Shown here piece after piece: positions 20,106 through 29,710 of a stretch of DNA of 64,000 nt. Below the pieces are notes generated by a model that saw only the letters and a program-made list of their open reading frames with translations, ran no database searches and was not told the DNA's origin. The stretch is from Myxococcota bacterium. Lineage in GTDB: Bacteria; Myxococcota_A; Polyangia; Nannocystales; Nannocystaceae. The first letter of the stretch is position 1. Every line of letters starts with the position of its first letter. The position numbers and the translations under genes are program-made. The stretch is taken from the NCBI GenBank assembly GCA_039028615.1, contig JBCCHT010000027.1:64001-128000 (forward strand). The letters are read 5' to 3'.

Positions 20106-21526
20106 CCCGCCTCTTCGCGCGACTTGTGCATGCCGAGCCGCTTGAGCAGCTCTCGCAGGTAGTAGCGGGTGATGCCCGCTTCGGCCGCCGCACGGCTGAG
20201 GTTGTTGTCGGTCTTGGCGAGCAGGCGCTTGAAGTACGCGCGCTCGAAGCCGTCGACCATGACCTGCTTGGCCTCTTTGAAGGGAGTCTCGAGCAGCGCC
20301 GGATCGTAGCCGCCCTGACCGCCGCCCTCTTTTTGGCCGGTGGTGATGGGTCGCTCTTCGCGACGACCCAGGTGCAGATCGCTGGGCTCGATGATCCCGT
20401 TGCGGCACAGGTGGGCCGCCCGCTGGATCACGTTCTTGAGCTGACGGACGTTGCCCGGGAACTTCTCGTTCTGCAGCGCCTCACGGGCTGCGTCGTGGAA
20501 GGTGGGTCGCTGCAGCGCGCCGTTCATGGTGCGCACCAGCTCGTCGAGGAAACGATCGGCCAGCATCACGACGTCTTCGCCGCGTACCCGCAAGGGCGGC
20601 ATGTCGACGGACATCACCGAGAGGCGGAAGTACAGGTCCTCGCGGAACGAGCCCTGGCCGACCATCATTCGCAGGTCGCGGTGCGTGGCGGCGACCACCC
20701 GCACGTCGACCTTCCGCATGTTGCTCTCGCCGATGCGCTGGACCTCGCGGCGGTCGAGCACGCGCAGCAGCTTGGGCTGCAGCTCGAGCGGCAGCTCGCC
20801 GATCTCGTCGAGGAAGAGCGTGCCGCCGTCGGCCTCTTCGAAGCAGCCGGGGCGATCGTTGACCGCGCCGGTGAAGGAGCCCTTCTTGTGGCCGAGGATC
20901 GCGGCCTCGGCCAGCTCGCGGGGGAGCGAGCCGCAGTCGAGCACCACGAAGGGACCCTTCTGACGGGTCGACTCGTCGTGCAGCGCTCGGGCCACGAGTT
21001 CCTTGCCGGTACCCGTCTCACCGCCGATGAGAACGCTCATCTCGGTGGGGGCCACCCGCTCGAGCGTGGCGAACACCTCGCGCATGGCGGGGCTGCGCCC
21101 ATAGAGCGCGCCGAAGTGGTCCTCGCCGGAGATCGGGATCTGAACCTCGTCGGCGGACGACAGCTCGATCTCGGTCTTGCCGAGCTTGATGACCATGCCC
21201 GGCTCGATCCACGCCGACACGACGCGGATGCCACCGATGAAGCTTCCGTTGGTGCTGCCCAGATCGTGCAGCTGCACCCCGTCGTCCCCGATCACGATCT
21301 CGGCGTGAGTGCCGCTGATCGACGAGTCGGTGAGGACCAAGTCGTTGACCGCGCTCCGCCCGATGGTGATGCGCGAGCGCGCCACCGTGCTCTGCGAGCC
21401 GACGTCCGGGCCAGACTTGACGCGGAGTCGCACACGGCGAAGCTGACGATGCGTGGCCTCGGGGGCGAAGAAGGTCGTCGTCAGCGACGTCGCCGTCTCC
21501 CCTGGGTCTTGCTCCTCGATCGACAC
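20102..21526 (-). CDS. FHA-domain sigma54-dependent enhancer-binding protein
   Basis: FHA (IGRS...SISGTHA...DLGSTNG), GETGTGKE, GSFTGA, LFLDEIGE, PGNVRQL and a C-terminal HTH. Confidence 0.93.
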   Translation of the reverse strand: MSIEEQDPGETATSLTTTFFAPEATHRQLRRVRLRVKSGPDVGSQSTVARSRITIGRSAVNDLVLTDSSISGTHAEIVIGDDGVQLHDLGSTNGSFIGGIRVVSAWIEPGMVIKLGKTEIELSSADEVQIPISGEDHFGALYGRSPAMREVFATLERVAPTEMSVLIGGETGTGKELVARALHDESTRQKGPFVVLDCGSLPRELAEAAILGHKKGSFTGAVNDRPGCFEEADGGTLFLDEIGELPLELQPKLLRVLDRREVQRIGESNMRKVDVRVVAATHRDLRMMVGQGSFREDLYFRLSVMSVDMPPLRVRGEDVVMLADRFLDELVRTMNGALQRPTFHDAAREALQNEKFPGNVRQLKNVIQRAAHLCRNGIIEPSDLHLGRREERPITTGQKEGGGQGGYDPALLETPFKEAKQVMVDGFERAYFKRLLAKTDNNLSRAAAEAGITRYYLRELLKRLGMHKSREEAG

Positions 21527-21552
21527 GTTTGCGTTTACTGGGCGTTGGGGGG

Positions 21553-22251
21553 TCAGTTGAGCAGCTCGTCGTCGGGCCGAATCACCCGAAGGTGCGCGGG
21601 CCGCTTCCCTCGCTTGCGCCCCCCGAGCTTGCCCGACTTCCTCAATCGACGCCAGGGCTGGGTCACCACGAGCAACGCCGTCAGTGCAGCCACCACGTTG
21701 GGCACCACGATCGGCCAGGGCGCCCCCCGAAGCACCGGGGAGATCACCGACAGGACCACGATGAAGATCGCGAGTCCGCGCCCCGAGACGGTCAGCACGC
21801 CCCCGAGCGCGAGCGGTTTCTTGCCCATGAACGCGCCGAAAGCCACCACCGCCGCCAGGTCCATGGGGGTCGAGCCACCCACCGGGGTGGAGGCCACCGC
21901 GGGGACACCGAGCGCGAGCAGCACCGAGGCCACATAGCCCGCGACGCCGCACCCGATGACCAGCGTGAGGTATTTGCGGGTTCCCCAGTAGTCCTCGAGG
22001 GTCCCGGCCAAAAACCACTGGACCATCAGCGTGCCGAACAGCAGCGCCACCTGGCCATCGGGGAAGATCGCGTTGGCAGTCAGGGGCTGCCACAGCCCCT
22101 GCCCGCCCGTGACCCCGCCCGGGTTCAGCACCAGGTGCTGAGCAATCGGCTGGTCGGTCAGCATGACCGTGGTCAGCACCGTGACGAGGAACAGGCCAAA
22201 GGCCCCGCGGCGAAACCGGGGGAGCCGCGATAGCAGGGGGTTGTTGGCCAC
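21553..22251 (-). CDS. Rhomboid-like membrane protein (probably a pseudoprotease)
   Basis: LWQPLTA, LEDYWGTRKYL, GGS; no TM6 His seen. Confidence 0.7.
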   Translation of the reverse strand: MANNPLLSRLPRFRRGAFGLFLVTVLTTVMLTDQPIAQHLVLNPGGVTGGQGLWQPLTANAIFPDGQVALLFGTLMVQWFLAGTLEDYWGTRKYLTLVIGCGVAGYVASVLLALGVPAVASTPVGGSTPMDLAAVVAFGAFMGKKPLALGGVLTVSGRGLAIFIVVLSVISPVLRGAPWPIVVPNVVAALTALLVVTQPWRRLRKSGKLGGRKRGKRPAHLRVIRPDDELLN

Positions 22252-22390
22252 CGCCGGGCAGTCTAGCAGCCCTGCGCTCCGATCGACCGGAACGCTCGCT
22301 TCCGCGCGCACACCGCCATCACGTAGGTGAATGTAGGCAAGTTCGTCGATTTTTTGCTCGGAGCCCGCCGGTCCGGGCACGTGTGGAGGC

Positions 22391-22726
22391 ATGCCCATCA
22401 ATCGTCGACGTCATCGCATGTTCGTGACCCAGAACACCGAGTACCACCTGCGCCTGGACGAGTGCGTCGGCGTGCGGGACCGCGACACGGGCACCTGGCA
22501 GCGCCACCATGCGGCCCTGCGGCTGCGTGCGGTTCAGCTGCCCCCGATGGGCCACGACCACAGCTGGGTGGGCAAGCGGTTGCAGTTTTGGGGTTCGGCC
22601 ACCGACGTCGTGACCTCGACCGTCACCGGGGTCGCCCGGCCCGACCGCGAGTGTCTCCCCAGCTACGTCAGCCTCGAGCGGGCGGGCATGATCAACGCGC
22701 CCGAGCCGGCCATGGCCACCGCCTGA
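22391..22726 (+). CDS. Small hypothetical protein
   Basis: HRMFVTQNTEYHLR...CVGVRDR; GGAGG RBS before ATG 22391; strong GC3 bias. Confidence 0.7.
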   Translation: MPINRRRHRMFVTQNTEYHLRLDECVGVRDRDTGTWQRHHAALRLRAVQLPPMGHDHSWVGKRLQFWGSATDVVTSTVTGVARPDRECLPSYVSLERAGMINAPEPAMATA

Positions 22727-22742
22727 GGGCGGGCCTCTCGGC

Positions 22743-23642
22743 TCACATGAGGATGCCCCGCTCGTCGACCTGGGGCACCTCGACCAAGTTCTCTTCGCCG
22801 AGACGCTCGCCGTTGTTGCGCTCGATCATCATCGACATGTTCATCAGCGGCAGCCCGTTGAAGTACATGGTGAAGGGATCCTCGAGCACCCGCCCCACCT
22901 CGCTGATGAGCGTGAACGACAGGCACACGAGCACGCTGATGGGCACCGTCAGCCAGGCCAGGTCTTCCACGATGGCCAGGGGAAAGAGCAAGCCGTAGGC
23001 GATGATCAGCCGCTCGGCGATGAACGCATAGCCGCGAGGCATCGGCGTCTTCTTGATCCGCTCGCAGCCGCCCTGGACCGCCAGCATCTCCTCGATGCAG
23101 CGATCCATCAGCTGCATGCGGAACTCGCTGAGCTTGCCCGCCTCGTCGAGCGCGATGAGCTCCTCGGTCTGCTTGTGCAGCACCGCGTGGGTGATGTTGC
23201 TCTGCCCCCGGTACATCTCGGGGTCGTCCGGCACCGAGCGCATGAACTCCGCGTCGTCGAGCGGGTCTTGCTTGCGGAGCAGGCAGCGCAGCGCGTGCAC
23301 GTAGGCGGCGTGGCGGTGAACGAGCCGAGTCTTGGTCTCCGGCTCGTCCGTGGGCAGGTACACGATGACCTTGGTCGCGAAGTGTCGCGACACGTTGATC
23401 ATGCGCCCCCACAGCTTGCGACCCTCCCACCAGCGGTCGTAGGCCGAGTTCGTCCGAAAGCTGACGAAGATGCCGAGCGCCGCACCGACCACCGCCATGG
23501 GTGCGGTGGGCAGCAGCATCCAGTCGAGCAGCTTCAGCTGCCACAGCAGCGCCGCGGCGGTGCTGCTGAGCACGAACACGGTGACCATTCGCCATTGCCA
23601 CTGGATCAGTCGCAGGACCGATCCACGAGTCGAGACCATCAT
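22743..23642 (-). CDS. Bestrophin family ion channel
   Basis: FRTNSAYDRWWEGRKLWG, GGCERIKKTPMP, LEDPF. Confidence 0.92.
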   Translation of the reverse strand: MMVSTRGSVLRLIQWQWRMVTVFVLSSTAAALLWQLKLLDWMLLPTAPMAVVGAALGIFVSFRTNSAYDRWWEGRKLWGRMINVSRHFATKVIVYLPTDEPETKTRLVHRHAAYVHALRCLLRKQDPLDDAEFMRSVPDDPEMYRGQSNITHAVLHKQTEELIALDEAGKLSEFRMQLMDRCIEEMLAVQGGCERIKKTPMPRGYAFIAERLIIAYGLLFPLAIVEDLAWLTVPISVLVCLSFTLISEVGRVLEDPFTMYFNGLPLMNMSMMIERNNGERLGEENLVEVPQVDERGILM

Positions 23643-23730
23643 CGGATCACTTCTCCCTCACGTAGAAACCGCGTGCGCTGCCGGGGCAGCACACGCGGTC
23701 CTTCATCGGCGCCACTGCCGACGGGGTTAC

Positions 23731-24693
23731 TCAGCCGGCCTTCTTGCCGTCCTGCTTGGCCTCGGCGGGAGCCTTCGCGTCGCCGGCGGGAGCCTTCGCG
23801 TCGCCAGCAGCCGGGGCCTTCGCGTCACCTTCGGGCGCCTTCGCATCGCCAGCAGCGGGGGCCTTCGCGTCGCCAGCGGGGGCCTTCGCGTCACCGGCGG
23901 GAGCCTTCGCGTCGCCAGCAGCCGGGGCCTTCGCGTCGCCGGCGGGCGCCTTGGCGTCACCAGCCGGCTTGGCCGAGGGCACGCCGTCGCCGTCGGAGCA
24001 GCACATCACGCCGCCGTTGCTCGCGGAGGTGACCGCACCGCAGCCCTCGCTGGTGCCGCGAGAGATTCGGGTCTTGCCCTTCCAGACGCCGTCCTTGCAC
24101 TTGCCGCCCAGGCAGTCGTTGCCGCAGCAGACCGGCTCGGAGCCGAGGCCCGCCTGGAAGCACGGCAGCGTGGTGTTGGCCGAGATCTTCGGGCACGGGT
24201 TGATCTCTTCGCTGATGGAGTGACTGACGGCGGCGTTGAAACGACCCGGGCCCGCGTTGTCGCAGTCGGTCGCCGACGCGCGGTCGGTCATGTCCTTGCC
24301 CTTGCCGCCCGTGCCACACACGTGCCACCCGGGCGCACACAGGTCGGCCGGCACCGCACACGCGGCACCGTCGTCACCACACGCCTTGCCGGTCGGCTTG
24401 TCGCGCAGGCTCTTGGTGCCCTCCCACGTGCCGACGCAGCCGGCGACGCGGGGGTGCTTCTTCATGTCGGCGAAGCCTTCGCGCTGGCCATCGGCACAAC
24501 CGACGACGGCGGGGTCACCCTTCTCGCTCTCGACGAACTTCACGCCCTTCATCGAGCCGGGGCGATCGCCATCGAAGTAGTCGCCTTCGTAGGGGCCCGA
24601 CCCACACGTGCATCCGGCACTCAGCACCACGGTGGCCAACGGGAGCGCAGCAAGACAGGACATGAGGCGCGAAAGTCGCGAGAACCCGAACAT
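23731..24693 (-). CDS. Cys-rich lipoprotein with C-terminal GDAKAPA repeats
   Basis: Lipobox LSAG-C, a VGCADGQREGF...CAPGWHVC domain and a repeat tail. Confidence 0.8.
   Translation of the reverse strand: MFGFSRLSRLMSCLAALPLATVVLSAGCTCGSGPYEGDYFDGDRPGSMKGVKFVESEKGDPAVVGCADGQREGFADMKKHPRVAGCVGTWEGTKSLRDKPTGKACGDDGAACAVPADLCAPGWHVCGTGGKGKDMTDRASATDCDNAGPGRFNAAVSHSISEEINPCPKISANTTLPCFQAGLGSEPVCCGNDCLGGKCKDGVWKGKTRISRGTSEGCGAVTSASNGGVMCCSDGDGVPSAKPAGDAKAPAGDAKAPAAGDAKAPAGDAKAPAGDAKAPAAGDAKAPEGDAKAPAAGDAKAPAGDAKAPAEAKQDGKKAG
23762..23962 (-). repeat. Coding tandem repeat, 9 x (21/24-bp) units encoding GDAKAP(A/E)(A)
   Basis: Repeated gccttcgcgtcgccggcgggg-like units on the + strand. Confidence 0.9.
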
Positions 24694-24942
24694 GCGGCGA
24701 AGAATAGGCAAGCTTGTGGCGGCTGCCTAGAGGACTGCACGGTTTGCGGGCGCTTCGGATGCTCGTCAGCTCGGCGGCCGCCGAACCCGTGCCCCGATGG
24801 CCTCGGATCTGGGCCGCTGTCTGGCGCTCAATGCGGCAGGTCGACGCGGCAGGCCCCATCCCGCGACCCTCATCGCCGACGGCCCACGCGTGTCGCGCTG
24901 GCCGTGACCGACCTCATCGGTTCCGTGGCTTTGGCGCCGCGA

Positions 24943-25905
24943 TCACGCGCCGACCCGAGGATGACGATCGCTGCTGTCGTCATCTTCGTCGTCGTCGTCA
25001 TCATCATCGTCGTCGTCCTCGTACTCGGCGAGCTCCGCCTCGAGCTTCTCCATGCGCTCGCGCTCGGGCTTCCCCACGATGTACGCGACGCCGATGCTGG
25101 CGAAGAACAGCACGATCATCGGCAACGCCATGAGCACCTGGCTCACCGGCTCGGGCGGGGTCAAGAAGGCCCCCACCACGAAGAACGACAGCACCATGAT
25201 CTTCCAGTGCCGCAGCAGGGTCTTGTGCGTGATGATCCCGGCCTTGGCCAGGAAGAACACGCCCAGCGGGAACTGGAACATCACCCCGAAGCCGAGCAGC
25301 AGCCGCGTGGTGTACTTGATGTAGTCGGTATAGGTGTAGTTCGCGATGATCTGCACCGCCTCGGCACCGTCGCCCGTGGTCTTGTCGAGCGGGTACTGAA
25401 GCAGGAACTCGGTGGCCAGCGGCAACACCAGGTAGAAGCAGAACGCCGCGCCACCGATGAACATCACCGCACTGGTGCCGGCAAAGGGCACCACCAGCTT
25501 CTTCTCGCGCTTGTACAGCCCCGGCGAGATGAACATCCACAGCTGGTAGAAGACGATGGGCGCCGCGATGAACAGGCCACCGATCAGCGCGATGCGGATG
25601 TCGGTGAGCACGCTCTCGAACGCGGTGAGGTTCTGGAGCTTGGGGCCGCCGTCGGGCAGGCACGCCGCGCCCGCCTCGACGCACTTGTCCTGCACCTTCC
25701 ACCACGCGTTGCGGTAGGGCTGGAGCAGCAGCTGCGTCAGGTGGTCGACCAGCGCGTAGCAGCCGATGAAGCCGATCCCCAAGCTGGCGGCGGTCTTCAT
25801 CAAGCGCGACCGCAGCTCGGCGAGGTGGTCGAAGAACGACATCGGCTGGTCGTCTTCGGGACCCTCTGCCAGTCCGTCTTCTCCGTTGTGCTCTTCGTCG
25901 GCCAT
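24943..25905 (-). CDS. tatC: Twin-arginine translocase subunit TatC
   Basis: MSFFDHLAELRSRL, YQLWMFISPGLYKREK, GVMFQFP, FLTPPEPVSQ. Confidence 0.95.
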   Translation of the reverse strand: MADEEHNGEDGLAEGPEDDQPMSFFDHLAELRSRLMKTAASLGIGFIGCYALVDHLTQLLLQPYRNAWWKVQDKCVEAGAACLPDGGPKLQNLTAFESVLTDIRIALIGGLFIAAPIVFYQLWMFISPGLYKREKKLVVPFAGTSAVMFIGGAAFCFYLVLPLATEFLLQYPLDKTTGDGAEAVQIIANYTYTDYIKYTTRLLLGFGVMFQFPLGVFFLAKAGIITHKTLLRHWKIMVLSFFVVGAFLTPPEPVSQVLMALPMIVLFFASIGVAYIVGKPERERMEKLEAELAEYEDDDDDDDDDDEDDDSSDRHPRVGA

Positions 25906-26006
25906 GGGTTCGGCGGCAGGAGTGTACTCGACCCGGCCCGGCGACGCCCATCCGGTCGATCGGGCGGGTGCGGGTGGTCTCGCCCCCAGGGTCGCTCAGA
26001 CGAGTG

Positions 26007-26678
26007 CTACGCCGCGCCCTGATTGGACGACGAGTCACCCGAGGGCGGGCCCGCATCCTTCATGGCGTGGCGCGGATCGACCGACTTCGGAGCGGAGGGC
26101 CCGGCCGCACCCGCATGACGCGGATCGACCGACTTCGGCGTCGACGTGGAGCCAGCCGCGACCGTGCCCTTCGGGGCAGAGAAGCGCGGAACGGACGACG
26201 ACTCGGCGCTGGGAGCCGGGGTGGCGCCGGAGGCCGGAGTGGGCGCGGGATTCGGAGCCGCGCTCGAATCGGCGGCGCCGGCCGCCTCGGCCGCCTCGGC
26301 CTCGCCCTCAGCCTCTCCCTCTCGAGGCTGGCGAGGGTTCTGCTCGGCCTGAGCCTCGCGCTCGATCCGCTCGCGCTCGCGGGAGACCTTGATGAGCTTG
26401 TTCTCGGCCCGGCGGGCTTCCATGCGGGCCTTCATCAGCTCGCGGCGGGCTGCCCCCTCGACGTCGCGGAGCCCGGCCTTCGTGTCGTTGACCGCGTCCT
26501 TGAGGTCCTGCATGGCCTCTTCTTGCATGATCGCGTCCTTGAACTCGTCGGCGGTACGCCGAATCGAGCCCCAGAACTGGGAGATGCTCCGAATGATCTT
26601 GGGCAGCTCTCGCGGGGAGAACAGCATCAACGCCAGGAGCGCGACCACGATCAGCTCGGTGGTGCCGATACCGAACAC
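26007..26678 (-). CDS. tatB: Twin-arginine translocase subunit TatB
   Basis: MFGIGTTELIVVALLALMLFSPRELP, long disordered tail, directly upstream of tatC. Confidence 0.88.
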   Translation of the reverse strand: MFGIGTTELIVVALLALMLFSPRELPKIIRSISQFWGSIRRTADEFKDAIMQEEAMQDLKDAVNDTKAGLRDVEGAARRELMKARMEARRAENKLIKVSRERERIEREAQAEQNPRQPREGEAEGEAEAAEAAGAADSSAAPNPAPTPASGATPAPSAESSSVPRFSAPKGTVAAGSTSTPKSVDPRHAGAAGPSAPKSVDPRHAMKDAGPPSGDSSSNQGAA

Positions 26679-26844
26679 GCCGACACGATAGCAGCCCCGT
26701 GGTGACCCGGCGAGGCCGCCGAGTGCTCATGGCGTCGACAACGCGCCCACGGGCCGTGCGACCCCGTAGGGCCCCAAACGCAGCGAAGCACCGTGCCTTT
26801 CGGCGACGGTGCTTCTCCACACGAAGGCTCGGGACCCCGAACCT

Positions 26845-28785
26845 TCAGATCCGAATGCGCTCGCGCTGGCGCCGGGTGTTGGCCGCCAATTCCTCCAGAG
26901 CTCCGACGATGGCGCCCGCGCTCTCGGTCTGACCGCGGTGGGCTTCGTTGAGCTGGTTGACCATCTCGCTGATGGTCTCGATGGCGCGGGTGATCTGCCG
27001 GCTGCCGCGGGTCTGCTCCTGGGTGGAGCGCTCCACGTGCCGGGTGATCGCCTTCATCTTCTCGGCCGAGCGCATGATCTGCTCCGCGCCACGGGCCTGC
27101 TCGGCGGTGGCGGTCGCGACCTGCTGCACGGTGGTGGCCACGACGTTGATGGCGTCGGTGACCTGCTTGGAGCCCTTGGTCTGCTCGACGGTGGCGCGGG
27201 CGATCTCCCGGACCATCTGCGTGGAGCGTCGGGCCGCGTCGGAGATCCGCTTGAGGGCGTCCTCCGCCTGATGGCTGACCCGGACGCCGTCGTCGACGCT
27301 CTTGCTCGAGCGCTGCACCGCCTGGACCGCGTTGCGAGACTCTCGCTGCACCGCCTTGATGATCTCGGCGATCTCCTTGGTGCTGGTGGCGGAGCGCTCG
27401 GCCAGGTCCTTGATCTCGTCGGCCACGACCGCGAAGCCCTTGCCGTGCTCGCCCGCCTGGGCCGCGATGATGGCCGCGTTGAGGGCGAGCAGGTTGGTCT
27501 GCTCGGAGACGTCGTCGATGACGCTGAGGATCTTGCCGATCTCGTCGATGCGTCCGCCCAGCCGGGAAATGACGGCCACCGCGTCCGCGGCGGAGTTCTT
27601 GATGAGGTTGATGACCTCGATGGTCTGGTTGATGGCGTCGACGCCACCCTCGGCGGCCCACACCACCTCTTCGGACAGCTGCGCCGTCTCGTTGGCGTTG
27701 TTCTCGACCTGCTGGATGGAGATGTCCATCTCGTTCATCGCCGAAGAGGTCTCCTCGGCGGTGGTCGACAGCGCCTCGATGTTCTTGGCGACCTCCTTGA
27801 CCGAGAAGGTCATCTCCTCGATGGACGTGGCCGTCTCCTGCACCGATGCGGCGAGGTTGAACATGCTCTCGGCCACCTCGTCGTTGGCCGCGGCCCTCTC
27901 GAGGATGGAGGAGCTGCTCTCCTCGGCGTTGGAGGCCAACAGCTCGACGTTCTCGCTGATGCCCTTGAGGCCCGCGTTCATCTCGGTCATCGCGGCCAAG
28001 ATGTGATCGATGGTGGCCAGGGCCTCGCCCAGCTCGGTGACCATGCGCTCGGGACCGTGCGGAATGAGCGTGTCCGCGGCCGGCTTGCGCTGCGAGTCGA
28101 GCTGCTGCTCGAGCTCGGCGATGCGGCTGTTGAGCTCGCGGACCTGGCCGGACTCTTCCTCGTCGAGGCCGCCCTGCGTGCTCTCCATGCGCTCGAGCTC
28201 CGCCACCGCGCGGCGGGACTCTTCGAGGTCTCGCTGTACCCGCTCCAGGCTCTCGCGGGCGCCGTCGAGCTCGGCCTGGGCCGCGGCTCGTGCCTGGCGA
28301 GCACGGTCCAGCTCGCCCTGCGCTTCTTCTCGGCTCTCGCGGAGCTCGGCCGCCTGCTGCTCGAGCTCGCCTTGGCGCGAGGTCAGCTCGGAGGCATTGC
28401 GATCGGTGCGGGCCTTGTCGTCGAGCGCAGCCTTGGCCTCGCTGCGAGCATCGTCCCGTTCCTCGCGGAACTTCGACGCCTGCTCGCGCGCTTGCTCGAG
28501 CTCCCCCTTGACCCGGTCGAGCTCGTCGGGGCTGACCACCGAGCGACCTTGCAAGGCCTTGAGTTCGGTCGTCGCCTCTTCGAGCTTCTTCTCCGAGCTG
28601 GAGATGTCGCCGGCCAGACGCTTGGCGTCCTCACCCAGGAGCCACCCCAAACCACCAGCAGCCAGCCCGGCGACGCCGGCCAACACTGCCTGTTCTGGGA
28701 GAACGAACGGAATTACAATCGCCACCAACCCAGCCGCGACCGGGACAATGGTGGGAAACCGGGTGCTTTCGATCGAACCGGCCAA
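26845..28785 (-). CDS. Methyl-accepting chemotaxis protein
   Basis: Hairpin-tip motif [39 protein letters not shown]-terminal TM segments and coiled coil. Start uncertain. Confidence 0.92.
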   Translation of the reverse strand: MAGSIESTRFPTIVPVAAGLVAIVIPFVLPEQAVLAGVAGLAAGGLGWLLGEDAKRLAGDISSSEKKLEEATTELKALQGRSVVSPDELDRVKGELEQAREQASKFREERDDARSEAKAALDDKARTDRNASELTSRQGELEQQAAELRESREEAQGELDRARQARAAAQAELDGARESLERVQRDLEESRRAVAELERMESTQGGLDEEESGQVRELNSRIAELEQQLDSQRKPAADTLIPHGPERMVTELGEALATIDHILAAMTEMNAGLKGISENVELLASNAEESSSSILERAAANDEVAESMFNLAASVQETATSIEEMTFSVKEVAKNIEALSTTAEETSSAMNEMDISIQQVENNANETAQLSEEVVWAAEGGVDAINQTIEVINLIKNSAADAVAVISRLGGRIDEIGKILSVIDDVSEQTNLLALNAAIIAAQAGEHGKGFAVVADEIKDLAERSATSTKEIAEIIKAVQRESRNAVQAVQRSSKSVDDGVRVSHQAEDALKRISDAARRSTQMVREIARATVEQTKGSKQVTDAINVVATTVQQVATATAEQARGAEQIMRSAEKMKAITRHVERSTQEQTRGSRQITRAIETISEMVNQLNEAHRGQTESAGAIVGALEELAANTRRQRERIRI

Positions 28786-29118
28786 GACGCGTGATCTTAC
28801 GGAACCTGGCGGAGACCGGCCAGCAACCGCCCAAATCAACTCTGAAATGCTCCGTGGGCCTTCCCAGCCCTCGAACGGAGCTGGACATCCGCACAGCCCG
28901 AGCGGACCCGGGCTCCAATCGCGTTTGCGTCCGCTCTGTGGGTGTCTTCGCCGATCGGCCCCTCGGACCGTGAGTCCGCGAGCCGTGGGAAGGGCGCAAG
29001 GCGGACGGGAAGCGTCCCGCATCGTTCCGCAGGATTCCGCACGCCGACGGACGAGGCCGGCCCCACGGGGTGGGCCCGCGGGGCCGCCGGGCGCTTCATC
29101 GCGGTCGCTCTCGAGCCA

Positions 29119-29147
29119 ACGCGGGGGCAGCCGGGCCGCCCCCGCGT
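29119..29147 (-). terminator. GC-rich hairpin ending the peptide operon
   Basis: acgcgggggc (29119-28) pairs with gcccccgcgt (29138-47), 6 nt after the stop of peptide 3. Confidence 0.65.
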
Positions 29148-29153
29148 CGGTGA

Positions 29154-29297
29154 CTAGTGGGGTTTTTCGAAGGTGCAGTCGCACACCGTCTTGGTCAGAC
29201 CGGTCTTCGACTCCGCCGTCGTCTTCTTGCCCGCGGCAGTCTCGGCACCACCGCGGACCTTTCGCAGGTCGCTCAAGCTGAGCTTCTTGGTCGGCAT
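29154..29297 (-). CDS. Putative RiPP precursor A3 (47 aa): [47 protein letters not shown]
   Basis: Translated by hand (absent from the ORF track). Double-Gly leader, CxC, and homology to the two neighbours; starts 9 nt after the A2 stop. Confidence 0.85.
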   Translation of the reverse strand: MPTKKLSLSDLRKVRGGAETAAGKKTTAESKTGLTKTVCDCTFEKPH

Positions 29298-29306
29298 GGC
29301 GTCGGC

Positions 29307-29465
29307 CTACATCTGGGGGTTCTTGCGAACCTCGTCGTGGCACTTGCAGCGGATGAGGCCGTCGTCCGACTCGGATTCGAACTTGTCCGACTTGGTCCAC
29401 TTGCCGATGGCCAGGGCACCGCGCACGTGCTTGAGATCGCTGAGGCTGATTTGCTTGTTCTTCAT
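29307..29465 (-). CDS. Putative RiPP precursor A2 (52 aa): [52 protein letters not shown]
   Basis: Same leader ending GA, CxC; GGGA upstream of the ATG. Confidence 0.85.
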   Translation of the reverse strand: MKNKQISLSDLKHVRGALAIGKWTKSDKFESESDDGLIRCKCHDEVRKNPQM

Positions 29466-29502
29466 GATGATTGTTCCCGTTGTTGGTGATTGATGATGGG
29501 GG

Positions 29503-29649
29503 CTACTTGATGGGGCTGTTGTCCACGCAGTCGCAGATGCGCTTCTTGGAGCCGTCGGCGTTGTCGGACGAGGTCTTCTTCTTGCCGGCGACTTCCAGAC
29601 CACCGCGGACCGCACGGAGATCACTCAAGGTGAGTTGCTTCTTGTTCAT
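29503..29649 (-). CDS. Putative RiPP precursor A1 (48 aa): MNKKQLTLSDLRAVRGG-LEVAGKKKTSSDNADGSKKRICDCVDNSPIK
   Basis: Same leader, CxC; AGGAAG RBS upstream. Confidence 0.85.
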   Translation of the reverse strand: MNKKQLTLSDLRAVRGGLEVAGKKKTSSDNADGSKKRICDCVDNSPIK

Positions 29650-29710
29650 GTCGTTTCTTCCTGTCATCGGGTTTGGAGGCTCATGGCGAGCGCGCAGGTG
29701 AACCCGGCAC

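Noticed and set aside
23762..23962. Regular short repeats as a possible CRISPR array
   Set aside because: No unique spacers, unit lengths are multiples of 3 and in frame within a CDS, and there are no cas genes.
23470..26022. 850-aa plus-strand ORF, and similar long ORFs such as 35337-37784, 26809-28794 and 20126-21937
   Set aside because: They lie antisense to clearly recognisable genes (tatC, sigma70/KirBac, MCP, sigma54 activator).
26060..26140. Duplicated PKSVDPRHA segment in the TatB tail
   Set aside because: A small duplication in a disordered, poorly conserved tail with no evidence of function.
29154..29649. Classifying the peptides as lanthipeptide, ranthipeptide or DUF692 (MNIO) substrates because of Cys/Ser/Thr
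   Set aside because: No LanB/C/M, radical SAM CxxxCxxC or recognisable DUF692 gene is adjacent; action in trans cannot be excluded.
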